Source: Mobula hypostoma (Eukaryota). From it: a stretch of DNA of 64,000 bases. Of this stretch, positions 61,490-64,000 are shown in pieces; within the stretch, counting starts at the first letter, position 1, and every line of letters starts with the position of its first letter. Under the pieces are notes generated by a model. The model was not told the origin of the DNA. It worked only from the letters and a program-made list of their open reading frames with translations, and ran no database searches. The DNA is taken from assembly GCF_963921235.1 (NCBI RefSeq), contig NC_086098.1, positions 4,960,001 through 5,024,000 of the forward strand, in the 5' to 3' direction. The position numbers were made by a program, and so were the translations under genes.

Positions 61490-63230
61490 CCTTTGTTGGA
61501 GTGGGCAGTGTTAGAGTGGGGATTTGAGGATTTAACTCCTCAAGGCTTCAGTGAGAGAAGGCAAAAAAACTGTAGGTAGATTTTATTTCAGTTTTTTACT
61601 GCTTCCTTCTTTATTATTGTAAATTTAGAGCAATAGAGATGCCAGGAAGGAGAGTTGAATGAACTTCTTGCAGGATGCGAGAAGGCAGGGAGACCTCCAG
61701 TGTCCCCAAAAGTTTCATCTGCATGAAGTGCATCCAGCTGCAGCTTCTAACAATCCACATTAAGGAGTTGGAGCTGGAAATGGAAGAACTCCAGATCATT
61801 CAGGAGGGTGAGGGGTGAAAGACAGAACCGATAGAGAGGTAGTTACACCAAGGTACGGAAGACAAGAATCTGGCTGGCAGTCAGGGTGGTGAATGGGTTA
61901 AGTAGCTGGTGTTGAATATCGCTGTGAACATCTGCCTCAACATCGGCTATATCACTTTGGATACCGTTGGGGTAGGGGTGGGGCGGTAGAAAGTCTGCCT
62001 CTATGGTTCAGAAGGGGAGAAGGGGAGAAGAGGTGAGCTGTAATGTCAGAGGATTTGTTGATTAAGGGAACAGAAAGAAGTTCTGTGAATGAGAACAAGA
62101 TTCCAGGATGCTATGTTGCCTCCTGGGTGCCAGGGTCTGGGACATCCTGGATCAAGCCCTCATTTTTGAGAGGGAGGATGAACAGCCAGAAGTAGTGGTC
62201 AATGTAGGTGCTAATGACATTGGTAGGAAGAATGACGATGTCCTGCAAAGTGAGTTCAGGGAGCTAGGTGCTCATTTAAAGAACAAGACCTCCAGGGTTG
62301 TGATCTCAGGATTGCTACCCATGCTGGTGAGGCCACAAATAGGATGATTATACAGTTTAACATGTGGTTCAGGAGTTGGTGTAGGAGGAAGGAGTTAAGA
62401 TTTTTGGATCATTGGACTATCTTCCAGGAAGTTGGGACCTGTACAGAAAGGGACAAATTGCACTTGAACTGGAGGAGGACTGGTATCCTAGCAGGAAGGT
62501 TTGAAATGCTGCGGGGGGTGGAAATCAGAGGGCCAGAACAGTTCGTGGAGAGGTTGTGGAGGCAGATGTTGGTAAGAATTCAGACCAAGTCAGGAATGAA
62601 AAGGCTGAGCATGATGTGACCAGCGTCCTGAGCTGCGTATATTTCAATGCAAGAAATATCATAGGAAAGGCGGATGAGCTCAGAGCATGGATCAACACAT
62701 GGAATTATGATATTGTAGCCATGAGTGAGACTTGGTTGCAGGAGGGGCAGGACTGGCAGCTCAATATTCTGAGGTTCCATTGTTTTAGACACGATAGAGC
62801 AGGAGGGAGTAAAGGAGGAGGGTTGGTGTTACTCGTCAGGGAAAGTGTCATGGCAGTCATGACTGGAGACCTCGTATGACCACCTTAATGGGGCTATACT
62901 ATAGACCACTCAGAGGTCCAGGGGATTTAATAAAACAAATTCAAATGTTAAAGAGACGTTTGGATAAGTACAGGGATAGTACGATCTGGAGAGTTATGGT
63001 CTGGGTGCAGGTTGATGGGAGCAGGCAGTTTAAATGGTTCAGTATGGACAAGATGGGCTGAAGAGTTTCTATGATGCTATGAGGTCACAGACTGTTGCAA
63101 GAAATATAATGTTGTGATAGTAGATGATTTCAACTTTCCACATATTGACTGGGACTCCTATACTGAAAAAAAGACTTACTGTAGATGGGATACAGTTTGT
63201 CAAATATGTTCGGGAAAGTTTCCTTCCTCT
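61490..63230 (+). mobile_element. Old CR1 5' part (ORF1 esterase and endonuclease remnants)
   Basis: CCLLGARV, VGANDI, YFNARNI, MSETW and DDFN peptides. Confidence 0.82.
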
Positions 63231-64000
63231 CATAGAAACATAGAAAACCTACAGCACAATACAGGCCCTTCAGCCCACAAAGCTGTGCCGAACATGTCCT
63301 TACCTTAGAAATTACCTGGGTTACCCATAGCCCTCTATTTTTCTCAGCCCCATGTACCTATCCAGGACAATTTTAAAAGACCCTATCATATCCGCCACAA
63401 TCACCATTGCCAGCAGCCCACTCCATGTACTCACCACTCTCTGCATAAAAAACTTATCCCTAACATCTCCTCTGTACCTGCTTCTAAGCACCTTAAAACT
63501 GTGTCCTCTCGTGTTAGCCATTTCAGCCCAGGGAAAACGCCCTTGACTATCCACACGATCAATGCCTCTCATCATCTTATACACCTCTATCAGGTCAACT
63601 CTCATCCTCCGTCGCTCCAAGGAGAAAAGGCCGAGTTCACTCAATCTATTCTCATAAGGCATGCTCCTCAATCCAGGCAACATCCTTGTAAATCTCCTCT
63701 GCACCCTTTCTATGGTTTCCACATCCTTCCTGTAGTGAGGCGACCAGAACTGAGCACAGTACTCCAAGTGGGGTCTGACCGGGGTCTTATATAGCTGCAA
63801 CATTTGATGAAGGCCAATGCACAGTATGCCTCCTTAACCACAAAGTCAACCTGCCCAGTAGCTTTGAGTGTCCTATGGACTCGGAGCCCAAGATCCCTCT
63901 GATCCTCCACGCTGCCAAGAGTTTTACCATTAATACTATATCCTATCATCATATTTGACCTACAAAAATGAACCACCTCACACTTATCTCAGTTGAACTC
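63231..64000 (-). mobile_element. CR1 family A 3' part, cut by window end
   Basis: ORFs 63710..63976 and 63321..63803. Tail catagaaacatagaaa. Confidence 0.92.

Noticed and set aside
4..63976. Long RT/endonuclease ORFs as host genes, or as bacterial retron/group II intron RTs
   Set aside because: Motifs, tails, truncation and frameshifts identify them as CR1, Rex1 and L1 retrotransposon remnants. The many short antisense ORFs are shadows of these.

Overview
Eukaryotic (vertebrate) genomic DNA, most likely a cartilaginous fish such as a ray; this is inferred only from the repeat complement (dense CR1-type LINEs with esterase ORF1, V-SINEs, Penelope remnants). Most of the window is transposon-derived: at least five CR1 LINE families (labelled A-E here), Rex1/Babar-type LINEs, one near-full-length decayed L1, one solo LTR, Penelope-like elements, hAT-Charlie and Tc1/mariner non-autonomous elements. 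They are often nested, and several have readable target-site duplications (TSDs). The only intact host gene is a single-coding-exon alpha-1,3-fucosyltransferase 9-like gene on the minus strand (37448-38524). Features not shown by the ORF track: (i) a dispersed family of minimal hammerhead-ribozyme motifs in Penelope terminal repeats, one copy with a fully intact core; (ii) an orphan, frameshifted SEC24A/B exon-sized relic at about 8.8 kb; (iii) an apparent composite transposon made of two inverted Tc1 mini-MITEs flanking captured DNA; (iv) Charlie3-like hAT elements, one carrying a captured LINE tail. No prokaryotic-type systems, rRNA or genuine tRNA genes were seen. Family names come from recalled motifs, not database searches, and most TE boundaries without a TSD are approximate.
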